From the NCBI RefSeq assembly GCF_006345805.1, contig NC_043017.1, positions 21,886,001 through 21,950,000 on the forward strand: DNA of 64,000 nucleotides, written 5' to 3'. The position numbers and the translations under genes are program-made. Below the pieces are notes generated by a model. The model saw only the letters and a list, made by a program, of their open reading frames with translations, searched no databases and was not told the origin of the DNA. The stretch comes from Octopus sinensis. Its lineage: Eukaryota. Shown piece after piece: positions 49,325-62,567 of the stretch. Position 1 is the first letter of the stretch. Each line of letters opens with the position of its first letter.

Positions 49325-51900
49325 TAATAAATAAAATAAAACATATGCATATATATAAACATATATGTACGTACCTACCTCTACATGTACATATACACGC
49401 ATATATGAGTACAGGACACCAAAAGGACGTCGAACACAATGAGAAACGAAAACATAGACACAAACCAAAGGAACTGGACATTTTTTAAAAGCAGCAAAAA
49501 AATAGAGTACAGGACAATTAACACAAAGAACAAACCCCTTCTTCAGTCGCTAAAGGTTTCATCTACTCTATGTTTCGAAGGATAAAAGTGAGACGTATCT
49601 TCGACAATGTAAAAAAAGTTCAAGGTCTGTGTCTGCGTTTATGCTCCCAATGTAATCTGGTTGTTGCATCCCTTTATATATATAAAAAAAAGAATACAAG
49701 GGCAATTTATAATTTTAATAAAGGAGGATCAATTCAAAACCCACCTGACTGAAATTCATGCTAGAGATCACTATGATTGATTAAACCTCTAAAAAACGAT
49801 ACTCAGGCATGGCCATGATCCAATGAGTGAAACCAGAGAAAGAATCTGTGAGCAAGAGAAAATGTGTTTGGTAATTTCATAGTGATTCTTCTTTAAACTT
49901 TGATATATTAATGGCAGTTCGCATTGAGAAGATTTATTTATTTACTTATTCATTCATATATCATGAGATAGAAGAGAGAGAGAGAGAGGGAAAGAGGGAG
50001 AGAGAGACAGAGAGAGAGAGAAGGAGAGCACATTGACATTTTCGATCAGGTAAAGTATAGCTGATAATCTGCCAAATGTACTAAACTTCAATTTGTCCAA
50101 AGCCATGTTTAGAAAACAAAAAAATAACGATGGACAAAAACAAGAAAACAAAAACAAAAACGAAAAGAACAATATGCTATCATCGATGGAGAAGCCATTA
50201 AATCATGTTGTGTGTGTGTGTGTGTGTGCACTTTTGTGTGTATGTGTGTGTGTGTATTTTCATGTGTGTGCATGTTTGTGTGTCTGTGTGTGTGTGTGTG
50301 CACTTTTGTGTGTTTGTGTGTGTTTCTGTGTAGTTGTGTGTGTGTGTATTTTCATGTGTCTGTGTTTGCATGTGTTTCTCTGTGTGTGTGTGTGTGTGCA
50401 TGTTTGTGTGCGTTTGCATTTCTGTGTGGTTGTGTGCGTGTGCTTCTGTGTGTATGTGCGTGTGTGGTCATTAAGTGGTCCTCAAATTTCTGTAGAATCT
50501 GTCTGTTGGTGGTGGACAGATATATGTCCGTCTGTCTGTGTCTCTCGACTTAGACAAAGCTATTACACTGTTGAGAGAGCTTTAATGAAATTATTAAGCT
50601 AAAAGGCTGATGTATGGAATACACTTCAAGCAATAAATTCAAGCTTCAGACTGTTGCTTTCCCCTTCAACATGTGAATTAACTTTAGAAATAAACTCTTC
50701 ATCTGTTTTACACCTGCTTTTTCAACACTAGCTTGGGTTATAAGAGTATATTGTTGAGGCAATGTTTTTACAGCTGGATGCCAAACTATCAAGGTACAGG
50801 GATGTAAACACACCCACAATGGTTATCAAGCAGTGGTGGGGGACAAATGCACACACACACACATACAATGGGCTTCCTTCAGTTTCTGTCAGCCACATAC
50901 ACTCATCCTCTTACAAGGTTTTGGTTGGGCCAGGGTTATAGAAAAAGACATTTGCCCAAGGTACCACTCTGTGGGACTGAACCATATGGTTGAGAAACAA
51001 ACTCCTTACCCCACGACCACGCCTACACACTTATCAGACTACACATGCACACATTGACGCGTGCATGTGTGAAGTGAATAATTTCTGTTGTCCAAACATT
51101 TGCACACAGCAAACACACAACATGGCATATTTAACTGCTTTTAATTTTTTGAAAATTCTATAATATTGAACTCATTGATTATCTCTGAAAAAGCATTAAA
51201 AAAAACTTACAAAGACTAAGTACAGACTATATAAAAGGTCTCCTGTAGCCCTGTGTTATTGTTGTAAAACTTAAATGAATGTAATATTGGCTTTAAATAT
51301 TTACAGTTCAGTAACAAAGGTGGCAAAGCAAACAGAAAAATAATCAACACAAGTAACCTGTTATTGTATCATTTGATAAAAGCTTTTGTTGAGATTTTGT
51401 TGTTCCCTACTGCATACCCTGAGTATTTACTGAAATCTTGTGTCAGTATACGAGATATGTACATGCAAGGAAATAGAGGGCGGAGAGGGAGGGGAAGAGA
51501 GAGAGAGAGAGAGAGATGGAAGGTGACGGTTTGAGGAAGGGAACAGAAAAATGGGAGATGGAAACCTAAATACACCAGCAGAAAGATGGAGATCACCAAA
51601 GTGTGAGAATTTATAGACAAAAGCCAGATACAAACACACACACACATATATATACGTGTACATGTGTTTGTGTGTGTGTGTGCGTGTGTGCATATATATA
51701 TGTGGTTGTGTGGTAAGAAGCTTGCTTCCCAACCGTATGGTTCTGCATTGAGTCACACTGCATGGCATCTCAGGCAAGAGTCTTCTGCTTTAGACTCGGG
51801 GTGAGCAAAGCCTTGTGAGTGGATTTGGTAGACGGAAACTGAAAGAAGGCATATATATATATATATATGTGTGTGTATGTGTGTGTGTGTGTCTGTGTGT

Positions 51901-51932
<32 letters not shown>

Positions 51933-51938
<6 letters not shown>

Positions 51939-52226
51939 ACTGACCAGTCCATCAGATGTTGTTACACATCGCTGGTCACAATGCGTTTGCATTGATTTAG
52001 CCTTTGAATGACGCCACCCCGCTGGCTAAGTGAGCAGGCCAACAGAAGAAAGAGTGGGAGAAAGAGTGGTGAAAGAGTACAGCAGGGATCACCACCCCCT
52101 GCCGGAGCCTCGTGGAGCTTTTAGGTGTTTTCGCTCAATAAACACTCACAACGCCCGGCCTGGGAATCGAAACCGCGATCCTACGACTGCGAGTCTGCTG
52201 CCCTAACCACTGGGCCATTGCGCCTC

Positions 52227-52228
<2 letters not shown>
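51933..52228 (-). mobile_element. SINE family F, tail type 2, intact tRNA-like head
   Basis: Minus strand GGAGGCGCAATGGCCCAGTGGTTAGGGC...GGTTTCGATTCCC; 3' part TGTGACCAGCGATGTGTAACAACATCTGATGG differs from the 36474 copy. Confidence 0.85.
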
Positions 52229-52266
<38 letters not shown>

Positions 52267-52819
52267 ATATATATATACACAGTGAGAGAGAGAACTATAC
52301 ATACATACATACATATATATACAGAGACAGACACCTATGTATATATATATATATAGGTAAATAAATTGTAAAAAAATAGTTTACTGTCACTCTCTGTATG
52401 TATGTGTGTCTGAATATATGGATAGATAGAAAGACAGATACACAGAGAAAGAGAGATGCATGGATATATAGATACAGATATAGATAAAGAATAACAAAAA
52501 GAGAGAGGGAGAGAGAGAGAGAGAGACATAACGAGTGAATGAATGAGTGGAAGGAGAAATCATATCTTTATATGTATTGGTTATCATTCCTCAAGCAACA
52601 GTAATGCCAAGGTTCTGTTCCAATACAAGCACACATGGTGGCAATCACTTACACAGAGCAATTAAGAGAGGTTATCCTTTATGAAGGAAATGTCTCAATT
52701 AATCCAATCCATTTAGTTGCATTTCTTATTGTTTTTGTGTTTATATATCTTTGTATACATGCAAACATGTATATGGCATACATACTTACACTCATATACA
52801 CACATGATATACAGATTAC

Positions 52820-52861
<42 letters not shown>

Positions 52862-53031
52862 ATATATATACACATATATAATACATATATATATACATAT
52901 ATATACATACATATATATGTATATATATTACACACATGCATACACAAACACATAGACACAAACACACATACATACATACATACATATACATATATACATA
53001 CATACAATACATACATACATACATACATACG

Positions 53032-53063
<32 letters not shown>

Positions 53064-53155
53064 GATAGATAGATAGATACATTTGTATATTACATATTTT
53101 ATAATGAAGGAACATTAAAATGTAACCAGGGTAAACACAAACACACACATGCAAG

Positions 53156-53192
<37 letters not shown>

Positions 53193-53466
53193 CAAAACAA
53201 AAATAAAAACCTGAACAAACAGTACAATAGCTGTTTAAGGTTATTTATCATCGTTAAATTTTAGAATGTCAAAAATAGGAGAAAACAAGGGAAATATTTT
53301 GAAGCAATTTCACAAAGCACACACCTGAGAAATATAATTGTGAATCTGTCAATGTTGTTTCTTTTATGAAGAGAATAAAGGAATAAATAAAAGAACAATG
53401 ACAAAATGGAAACAGAAAGAAGCTTTTCAAGAAAGTCTCTTGAGGCATATTACATGTTGCATCATG

Positions 53467-53508
<42 letters not shown>

Positions 53509-54621
53509 TATATGTATATGTGCGCGGGCATGGCTGTGTGGTTAGGGAGCTTGCTTCCTAGCTACATGGTTTCGGGTTCAGTCCCACTACGTGGCACTTT
53601 GGGCATGTGTCTTTCACTATAGCCCCGAGTCGACCGAAGCTTTGTGATTGAATTCGGTAGGTGGAAGTTACTGCCGTGTGTGTATATGTGTGTGTAGGTG
53701 CTCAGTGCCTCTCCGAAAGAGAGAAAGGGATACACACACACACACACACACATACATATATTGTTTTATTTGTTTCAGTCATTTGACTGTGGCCATCCTT
53801 GAGCGCCACCTTTAGTCGAACAAATTGATCCCAGGACTTATTCTTTGTAAGCCTAGTACTTATTCGTTCGGTCTCTTTTCCCGTATTACTAAGTTACGGG
53901 CACGTAAATACACCAGCCTAAACAGCCCTTCAGCCAGTCAGCTCCTGTCAAACCGTCCAACCCATGCCAGCATGATGGACATTAAATGATTCTGATGCTG
54001 ATGATGTTTACAATAACGGTTTCTAAAAATACTGATGAGCTCTAAATGTTAAAACGAGGAAGGTCAACATGTGATTCCATGGTGTTCATTCCTGTTCTTT
54101 ACAAAAAAGACTTTACAAGTGCACATAACGTGAAACAACTCTTCCTGTCATGTGCCGAAATATAACCAAAGAATCAATGAAACACGAGACAATATGCAAC
54201 GAAGAAAGAATTTCTATTATTATTTTTTTTTTCCTAACATGCATGGCTTCCATTAATGTTTTAAATGTCAGTTATGATGCTTTTTATGTTTCCTCTCATT
54301 ATTTCCCCAACTCCATCTACCCCATATACCCTACCCATATACCCCACTTTTTTGTTTTTTGCTTAAATTTAAATTTTCTTTTTTTGTTCTTTTTCAAATT
54401 TTATATTGATTCTCTTGATGATTTCTGTTTGACGAACAATAACCCTCAATTTGGAATGATCTCCAACTGAGATCATTCCAAATATAATGACTGATCTACA
54501 GAAACTGTGTTTGTTTAGATTTTTTTTTACTCTTTGTTTTTTTTTTTGTTTTTGCATGTGTCAACATAATGTTTTTATGACGAACATAAAAACAAATTTT
54601 AACATCAGCTGAGAGACAGTG

Positions 54622-54673
<52 letters not shown>

Positions 54674-55614
54674 TAATAATAATAATAAAAATAATAATGA
54701 TAATTATTATAATCAGAAGAAGAACAACAGCAATATCTAGAACAGTAGGGCCACCTTGCTAAATACCGTTTTTAATGAATCTGTATCAGATGCAGGCTTT
54801 TGGTTGTATTTCTGGACGAAGCATTTAAGGTTTAAAAACGGTGAGCTATTGATCACATGTTCAGTAATTCAAATGACATTTTCCTATTGTCATTGTGTCA
54901 TGCTAATAAGTGAGTTACACAGCACCAGCCAGCCAGCCTTGCTGCTGCTTCTTCTTCTTCTTCTTCCTCTTCTTCATCATCATCATCATCATCATCATCA
55001 CCCCCCCATCACCCCCATCACCATCATCACCACCACCACCACCACCGTCGTCGACGTTGTCGTCGTTTAAACGTCCACTTTTCTATGTTTACATGGTTGT
55101 TGTGTATTTTGCTGAGGCAGATGCCCTATGGCAAGCATGCCCCTCCTGTTGCAAACTCTCATCTGTTGTTTCCATGCAAAGTAATGTTGCCTCATAGCTG
55201 AACATGATTTCATGGCAGATTGGAAATGAAGAACACTGCTTGTATGAAGGTGATGCTTGTTTACAGCTATTGTGTAAAGCGAAGACAAGGAGACACAAAT
55301 GCATGTGCATGCACGTGAACACACATACACACACACACACATACACACGCACACACACATACACACACACATACACACACACACACACACACATACACAC
55401 ACATACACACATGTGAAGACATGTGGTCCAGCGTTTAAAGTATTGTACTCCCAATTGGTAGATCATTGGTTCTATTCATGGACCAAGCAGTGCATTGTTC
55501 TCTTGAGCAAGACACTCCATTTCATGTTGCCCCAGTTGACTCAGCTGTGGATGGGTGACCCTGCAATGGACTACCCTTCAAATGTTCAGATGAGAGAGCA
55601 TATTGGTCTGCTTA

Positions 55615-55848
55615 CGGCGGCGAGCTGGCAGAACCGTTAGCACGTCGGGCGAAATGCGTAGCCGTATTTTGTCTGCCGCTATGTTCTGAGTTCAAATTCT
55701 GCCAAGGTCGACTTTGCCTTTCATCCTTTCGGGGTCGATAAATTAAGTACCAGTTATGCACTGGGGTTGATGTAATCGACTTAACCCATTTGTCTGTCCT
55801 TGTTTGTCCCCTCTATATTTAGCCCCATGTGGGCAATAAAGAAATATA
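55615..55848 (+). mobile_element. SINE family B, full length
   Basis: GGCGGCGAGCTGGCAGAA...GTGGGCAATAAAGAAATA. Confidence 0.95.
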
Positions 55849-57127
55849 TTGGTGTGCTTACCTAGACAGCAGGACGGCACTATTTAAAATGTAAATTGCT
55901 GCAAAGCGGACTGAGGCCAGCGATGTATAATAATATCCAATTGTCTGGTCAATTATGTGATCACACAATATGCATGCGTGTGTATGCCTTAGCTACTTTC
56001 AGTTTCCATCTAATAAATTCAAAATCTATTCATGAAATTTTGATTGGCTCAGGGCCATAGCAGAAGACACTTGATAGAATAAGTAACAGGCTTGAAAAAA
56101 TTAGGTACTAGGGTCATTTCATTTGACTAAAAGTTCAAAGTGGTGCCCCAGCATGGTCGCAGTCAAGTGACTAAATGAAGTTTCTGTCTATCAAATCCAC
56201 TCACAAAGCTTTGGTTGACCCAAAGCTTTTGTAGCAGACACTTGCGCGCAAGGTGCCACACCATGGGATTGAACCAAGAACCATGTGGTTATTAAGCAAA
56301 TTTCTTACCACCCTCCAGGCTGGTACCCTTTTCCTTTTTTTTTTTTGTTACTCTTTTGGTACATGCAAAACATTTCCTTGACAGAAAACTAAGCTCATTG
56401 TTTTGCTGTAAATAGACAGTTCCAACATGTTAAAACACATGGACATCTTTCGGTTTTTCTGAATGATAAGAATCTTTACCAAAATAACATTGACTTCAAT
56501 AACTAATGGTTAACAATCTGTTCTTTGATCTATGTATTAGGTGCAGTTGACTGACAAATCTATCCTTTACACTTCGACTTTTATGATCTTTTACAATGGC
56601 TAAGAAGTTTCCAAACACACTCACACAAAAATTACACCAAGCCTGCAATGTAAACAGATGTCATAAAGTTGTTACCATTTCTATTATTTTCCTCTTACTT
56701 CTCTTATTACTTCCACTTCTCTTTGATAAAGGGCAGGCATTGAAATGTTTGATGATGGTCTATTTCTTTTATCTGATAATGTTTATTTCCATTCTTCTAC
56801 TCACTATTTAATTGTCATTTTGTTTCACATTTCTATGCTTTTCTACCTCCTTCTCTCACAAGTTTCATTATCATAGCTCTTTTACTTGCATATCTTTATC
56901 CCTCTCATTCTCTCCCCATCTCTCTCTATACATATATACATACATATATATATATATATAATATATATATATGTATATATATATAGATATATATATATAT
57001 ATTATATATATATATATATCGATAAATAGATACATAGATGCACACCTACATACATGTAGATAGATAGACAGATATATAGATAGGTAATTAGATAGATACA
57101 TAGATACATACCTACGTACATGTACAT

Positions 57128-57165
<38 letters not shown>

Positions 57166-57169
<4 letters not shown>

Positions 57170-57643
57170 AAATATTATTAGAGACAAAACCACTATTTTG
57201 CAAAACAACAAGGAAAGACTTAATCAATACATAAAATTTTAATAAATAGGGATTTGGTTGCTGGATGCCCTTCCTAACAGGCAACCACTCTGCAGAGTGG
57301 ACTGAGTGCTTTTTACGTGGTTCCAACACAGGTGAGGTCAGTTTTGGCATGGTTTTTACAGCTCTGTTGTCCAAGATTCATATACAACACACATTACCAA
57401 TTTGAAACTGACTTATTGGAAGTCCACCTGAAGATTGTCGATCAAGACAAGTAACAATTGTAGTGGCGGTTTTTTTGACTATTTATTAAAATTTTATGTA
57501 TTGATTAAGTCTTTCCTTGTTTGTTTTGCAAAATAGTGGTTTTGTCTCTAATAATATTTTATAATATTTTACTATAAAATTGGATTTAATCCTAAATCTG
57601 ATTTTTTCCCTGTAAATTTGGATTTATTCCCTAATATTTATTA
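57166..57643 (+). mobile_element. Second copy of foldback element P2, inner left arm replaced by a local templated insert
   Basis: Outer arms and tail nearly identical to 13923-14328; hammerhead at 57424-57466 has GAAAC mutated to GTAAC. Confidence 0.85.
57247..57401 (-). repeat. 155-bp inverted copy of 57953-58107
   Basis: No mismatch found by eye between 57247-57401 and the reverse complement of 57953-58107. Confidence 0.9.
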
Positions 57644-57645
57644 TT

Positions 57646-57679
<34 letters not shown>

Positions 57680-57974
57680 GATGGATGGATATATGTATGT
57701 ATATATGTATGTATATAATAGACCAGGATTCAGCTGAATGGGAAGGCACCGAGTCAGGTCAAAAAGTAAAATTTGTACAGAACAAAAATAGAGGAATACA
57801 TAACCGTTTGCCTGTCAAAATCATTTTCAGAAGTGTGTCCTAAACATCCATGTTTGTTTTCAGAGTTTTAATTAGTCTATTTTTCGTACATCTTGAGTGA
57901 TAAAAAGCTTTCCTTTCTTTAGTCCCAAATTACTCTGGATGGTTGAAAAAACATTGGTAATGTGTGTTGTATAT

Positions 57975-58198
57975 GAATCTTGGACAACAGAGCTGTAAAA
58001 ACCATGCCAAAACTGACCTCACCTGTGTTGGAACCACGTAAAAAGCACTCAGTCCACTCTGCAGAGTGGTTGCCTGTTAGGAAGGGCATCCAGCAACCAA
58101 ATCCCTACCAAAACACACAATAGCCTGGGGTAGTCTTCCACCTGGTCAGCTCCTGTCAACCGTTCTACCCATGCTTGGATGGAAGACGGACATTAAAC

Positions 58199-58228
<30 letters not shown>
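57975..58228 (+). mobile_element. SINE family C variant
   Basis: TTAGGAAGGGCATCCAGC motif; tail GACATTAAACGATGATGATG. Confidence 0.8.
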
Positions 58229-58229
<1 letters not shown>

Positions 58230-58979
58230 CAAATATGAGACAGAGGTAAGACAAAGGACAAATATAATTTTTAAATCAAAGGCAGTGAGCTGGCAGAACT
58301 GTTAGCACCCTGGGCAAAATGCTTAGCAGCATTTTTTCCATGTTTACCTTTTGAGTTCAAATTCCACCAAAGCGAACTTTGCCTTTTATTTTCCCAGGGT
58401 CATTAAAATAAGTACCAGTTGAGCACTGGGGTCAATGTAACCAATTTATCCCTGTCCTAAAATTGCTGGCAAAGTTTGAAACCTGCATAATTTAGCTATT
58501 TCCTCAATGCATTTTGCTACATCTTGAAACATACTGGTGTGCCATGGTTTGAGTTTAAGAACAATTGGCACAGAAGCTCCTTCATTAGGAAGCCTTTGTC
58601 ACAAAGATCGGATGTTTTACTTCATAGTTTCTGACACTTCACAATTACTGTTAATTTAATAGTATCTTAGGAATCAAATATTGATAAGGATGAACAAAAA
58701 ACAAAAAGAAAAACAACAAATGAATCATAATTCTATTTTACATTGAAATATTTCTCCTGCCAATTGAGTAAGAAAGAGAATATTTTATCTGCTGATGTTG
58801 AATTAACCGAAAGGATGAGGAATTTTTTGAAATAATATTAAATTATTTCTCACTCTTTTATTTTTTTTTTTTTGAAAGAAATATTTTACATTTTATTATT
58901 TCAGCATCTTAACAAGGGACTTCTGGTAATATTCTGACAAAAGATAACGACCCGCACAAAAGGAGGATATGGGTCATAT

Positions 58980-59340
58980 TTAACCATCTTGTTACCATAT
59001 TTATATTGGAAAATACAGTCTCCGTTTCAATTAATTTTGGAATTAATGAAGAATGTAATAAAATAACTTTGTCAACTATGTCGTAGGTAAACAAACAGAA
59101 GTTCGTTTTTGAAACGCTGAAATGTCTTGTAGTACAAGTAGAAAGATATATTTTTTCAATGTCCAAGGACTGACAGAATAGCATAAACAGGATAAAATCC
59201 TTACAGAGTAGAAGAATTTTCTGCTCTGCAAGGTTTCTTGTCCTATAAATGCTGATCTATCAGGATTTAAACTTTGTCAATGTTAAGTTGGTGCTTGGGA
59301 CATAAATTATTTAGATCGCTTTAAAACAGGAAGTGTGTAA
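58980..59340. mobile_element. Degenerate M2-related piggyBac-type MITE with an internal 194-bp insert
   Basis: TTAACCATCTTGTTACC start; the insert is bounded by AACTTTGTCAA direct repeats at 59065-59075 and 59270-59280. Confidence 0.55.
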
Positions 59341-59919
59341 CAAAGTACTACAAGGAGGAGGGGGGAAAGAAGAAGAAGAAGAAGAGAAGAAGAAGAAGGA
59401 GGATGAGGAGGAGGAGAAAAAGAAGGAGAAGAAGAAAAAGAAGAAGAAAAAGAAGGAGGAGGAGGAGGAGGAGAAGAAAGAGAAGGAGGAGAAGAAGACG
59501 AAGAAGACAAAGAAGAAGAAGAAGACGAAGAAGACAAAGAAGAAGAAGAGAAGATGAAGAAGAAGAAGATATAGGCAAAATTTTCCAACAGCCTGCCCAG
59601 ACAGTCAGGAAGGAATGGAAATCTTACCCTCTTATTCTGGGACTGACTTGGCTGCTTGCAACACTAAAGAAGGGGTAAAGGGTCAGATGATGTTGTCAAA
59701 CCTGAAACCATATCATTTAAAACAAACTTCATAACCACACAGCCATGCCTGAATCTATTTTACAACAAATCTGCCATTTGAGGACGATGACGACGACGAC
59801 ACCACCACCACCACCACCACCACCATCACAACCATCATCACCAGCAGCGGCAGCAGCAGCAGTAGTAGTGTATTTTGCCTCGGTGACAAATAAATAAAAT
59901 TATTATTATTATTATTATT

Positions 59920-60128
59920 TCTTTTTATCACAGGTTTTGCTGGAACTCCTGGAGTCTTGCATACATAGCGGGCTTGCTACCTGCAGCCTATGGTACCATG
60001 TTACCTGTTCTTTACAGCTATTTAATACTTTCCTAATTATTCTGACCGTGCCAGGGAGGTAAACCAAGGAGGCACTTCATTCCAATTTCCTTGATATTCT
60101 TCTTGATGCCTTCTGATACAGTTCCTGT
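59920..60128 (-). mobile_element. R4/Dong-type element, 5'-truncated 3' end (family Dong-2)
   Basis: Minus strand GTVSEGIKKNIKEIG..(fs)..GTVRIIRKVLN; TAA tracts on both sides; 3' UTR differs from Dong-1. Confidence 0.8.
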
Positions 60129-60146
60129 ATTATTATTATTATTATT

Positions 60147-60374
60147 GAGTGAGAGAGCAGTGTGTGCCATCAAAGTGACACTGGGATAAAATTTACGAAG
60201 TCCAGCATACCCACCATGACTACCTGTCTGATAAGGGTACACCAGGCACATGCATTGCAACCATGTGTGTGACATAGTGATCTCATATCATGATAAACAG
60301 CACATGACCTTGCAGGTGGGGCCCAGTTAGAATTTTCTTCTGGTCGAGTAGCCCATCCTGTTCAAAAGGTCCCT
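60147..60374 (-). mobile_element. Family D element, 5'-truncated
   Basis: Matches 31056-31283; (ATT)n on both sides. Confidence 0.85.
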
Positions 60375-60460
60375 ATTATTATTATTATTATTGTTATTAC
60401 TATTACTATTATTATTATTATTATCATCATTATTATTGTTATTATTGTTATTATTATTAC

Positions 60461-60500
<40 letters not shown>

Positions 60501-60571
60501 GTTATTGCTATTATTGTTATTATTATTATTATTATTATTATTGTTAATGCTATTATTGTTATTATTATTAC

Positions 60572-60605
<34 letters not shown>

Positions 60606-61694
60606 GTTACTATTATCATCATTGTTATTATTATTATTCGATCTTCAGCACCTTTCAGCTTGTCCACAAAGATTATTTGCACAGATGTCATCCTCTGGAG
60701 AAACTATACAAGTTTGGATAATTCCGTTAAGTCAGGATGACATGTAACGTCAGAAATATCACTTCTTTTTATCTCTTTGATATCTATTAGCGGGTAGCAT
60801 CAAAAGAACCACTTAGGGATGCTGGCAATGATAGTGGCGGTGGTGGTGGTGGTGGTGGTAGGGGTGAGGCAGGAGGTCGGGGTGGGGGTGGGTGGTGGAT
60901 AGCAGTAGCAGCAGCTGGGGAAACCAGGTGAAAGCAATCTCATCCACAATCATATTACACCTCCCGTCAGTCAAATGCAAGCAAAAACCTGATGCAGAAA
61001 CATGGATCTCTGCTGCTGTTAAAGCAACATATAAACTTTATTTTCTCACGAAAAATAAATACTTTCAAATAATTCGTTATCACATTTCAGCAGAAAGCGG
61101 AAGGCTGAAAGTTAAATCGGTGAGGGAATAGATTAGACAAAGAGTGAACTTGAAACTCATTAATCATACGACTTTCTGCAAATGTTGGAAGTGGAAGATC
61201 AAGTTTGATAGGAAATAAAGGATAAAATAAATCTACAGAAAAATAAACGGACACGTGTTACATGAGACTTGTACTCAGAGTTTACTTTGGGATCAAATTC
61301 TGTAATGATGGCGATGCTACAGGTGCTGTTCATAAGAAAGTATGACTTATAAGTGTGTACCATGCTTTTGCTAGTTGTTTTAGGTGCCTGTGTGATCGTG
61401 GGTTGATAGAGAGTCTCGCTCAGTCTTCATGCTGTTGGCTTGGGAGGACATCCAGGATGTGACAGTAAGAGAGAGGGAAAAAGGCAAGGAGAGAGGGAGA
61501 GAGGGTGAGTTAGGAAGAAGAGAGAGGGGGAAGGAAAGAGGGGAAGGAAACAAGATGAGGAGAGAGACGTAAGGAGAGAGGGAGAGAGAGGTAAGGAGAG
61601 AGGGGGAGAGAGGTAAGGAGAGAGGGGGAAAGGGATGTGAAGTGATGCCTTTTAACACCGCCATGGTTTTTTCTTCACCACTTCCACAGCTGCA

Positions 61695-62048
61695 AATTCC
61701 AAAGCACCAGCTTTTGTCACCAATGATGACCATTAAAATAGGAGTCGGAATCAACTTCCAGCAGTTTTTTCAATTCACAGCAGCCATTCAGTCATGACTG
61801 CTTTTGGTGTTTCTTGAGCAAAATTTTGCTGCAACTCTCTTTATTTGCAATTCCTCACTCAAAATTCGTTGGCAGGAGCCCCAGGACTCACTGGTCATTT
61901 CAACATGTCTGTCAATTATTCAGTGACGGCCCTCCAAGGTCATTTCACGAATTGTCATGATGTTTTCATTCATTCAGCGGGTCAACAGTGGCCCTGAACG
62001 AAGTTGGTTTTCAAGCAACATGTGACCACCCCTAAAGCGTGGAAATGA
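61695..62048 (-). mobile_element. Mariner transposase pseudogene fragment
   Basis: Minus strand FRGGHMLLENQLRSG..ENIMTIREM..SWGSCQRILSEELQIKRVAAKF..IIGDKSWCFG (ITGDESW motif), with stops and frameshifts. Confidence 0.85.
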
Positions 62049-62505
62049 CATGAAATTTTGATGGAAGATTTAAATTTCAATCGCTTAAAAACAGGAAGAT
62101 TGCATTATCGAACCAGGGGTAGTCAGAAGCATGTTAGTATGGAAAGACCATGCTTGAGCACCAAATTGAGAGGTTTTCAGTCAAACAAATTGACCCCAGG
62201 GCTTATTTTATTTTTAAACCAAATACTTATTGTATCGGTCATTTTTTGCCAAACCGCTATTTTAGAGGGACGTAAACACATCAACACCAGTTGACAAGCA
62301 CTGGTGGGGGACAAATACTAACACATACACACACACATATATATATATTAACTTGAAGTTAAATATATGTCTGGCCATAGAATGACCAATAGTTTCATAT
62401 CCATAAAGTGCTTAGCTGACTTGTAAAACTCTAATGGCTAAGGGCATGTAACCTTCAAACTGTAACTCTCTTCAAACTGGAGGCAGAAAACCATTACATA
62501 TATAC

Positions 62506-62567
<62 letters not shown>

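Noticed and set aside
49400-49640. TA-flanked element with CTGAAGA and GAAAC on the minus strand
   Set aside because: Motif order and pairing do not give a hammerhead fold; the candidate core is buried in a hairpin.
54027-54055. CTGATGAGCTC motif
   Set aside because: No stem II partner or GAAA at the right spacing.
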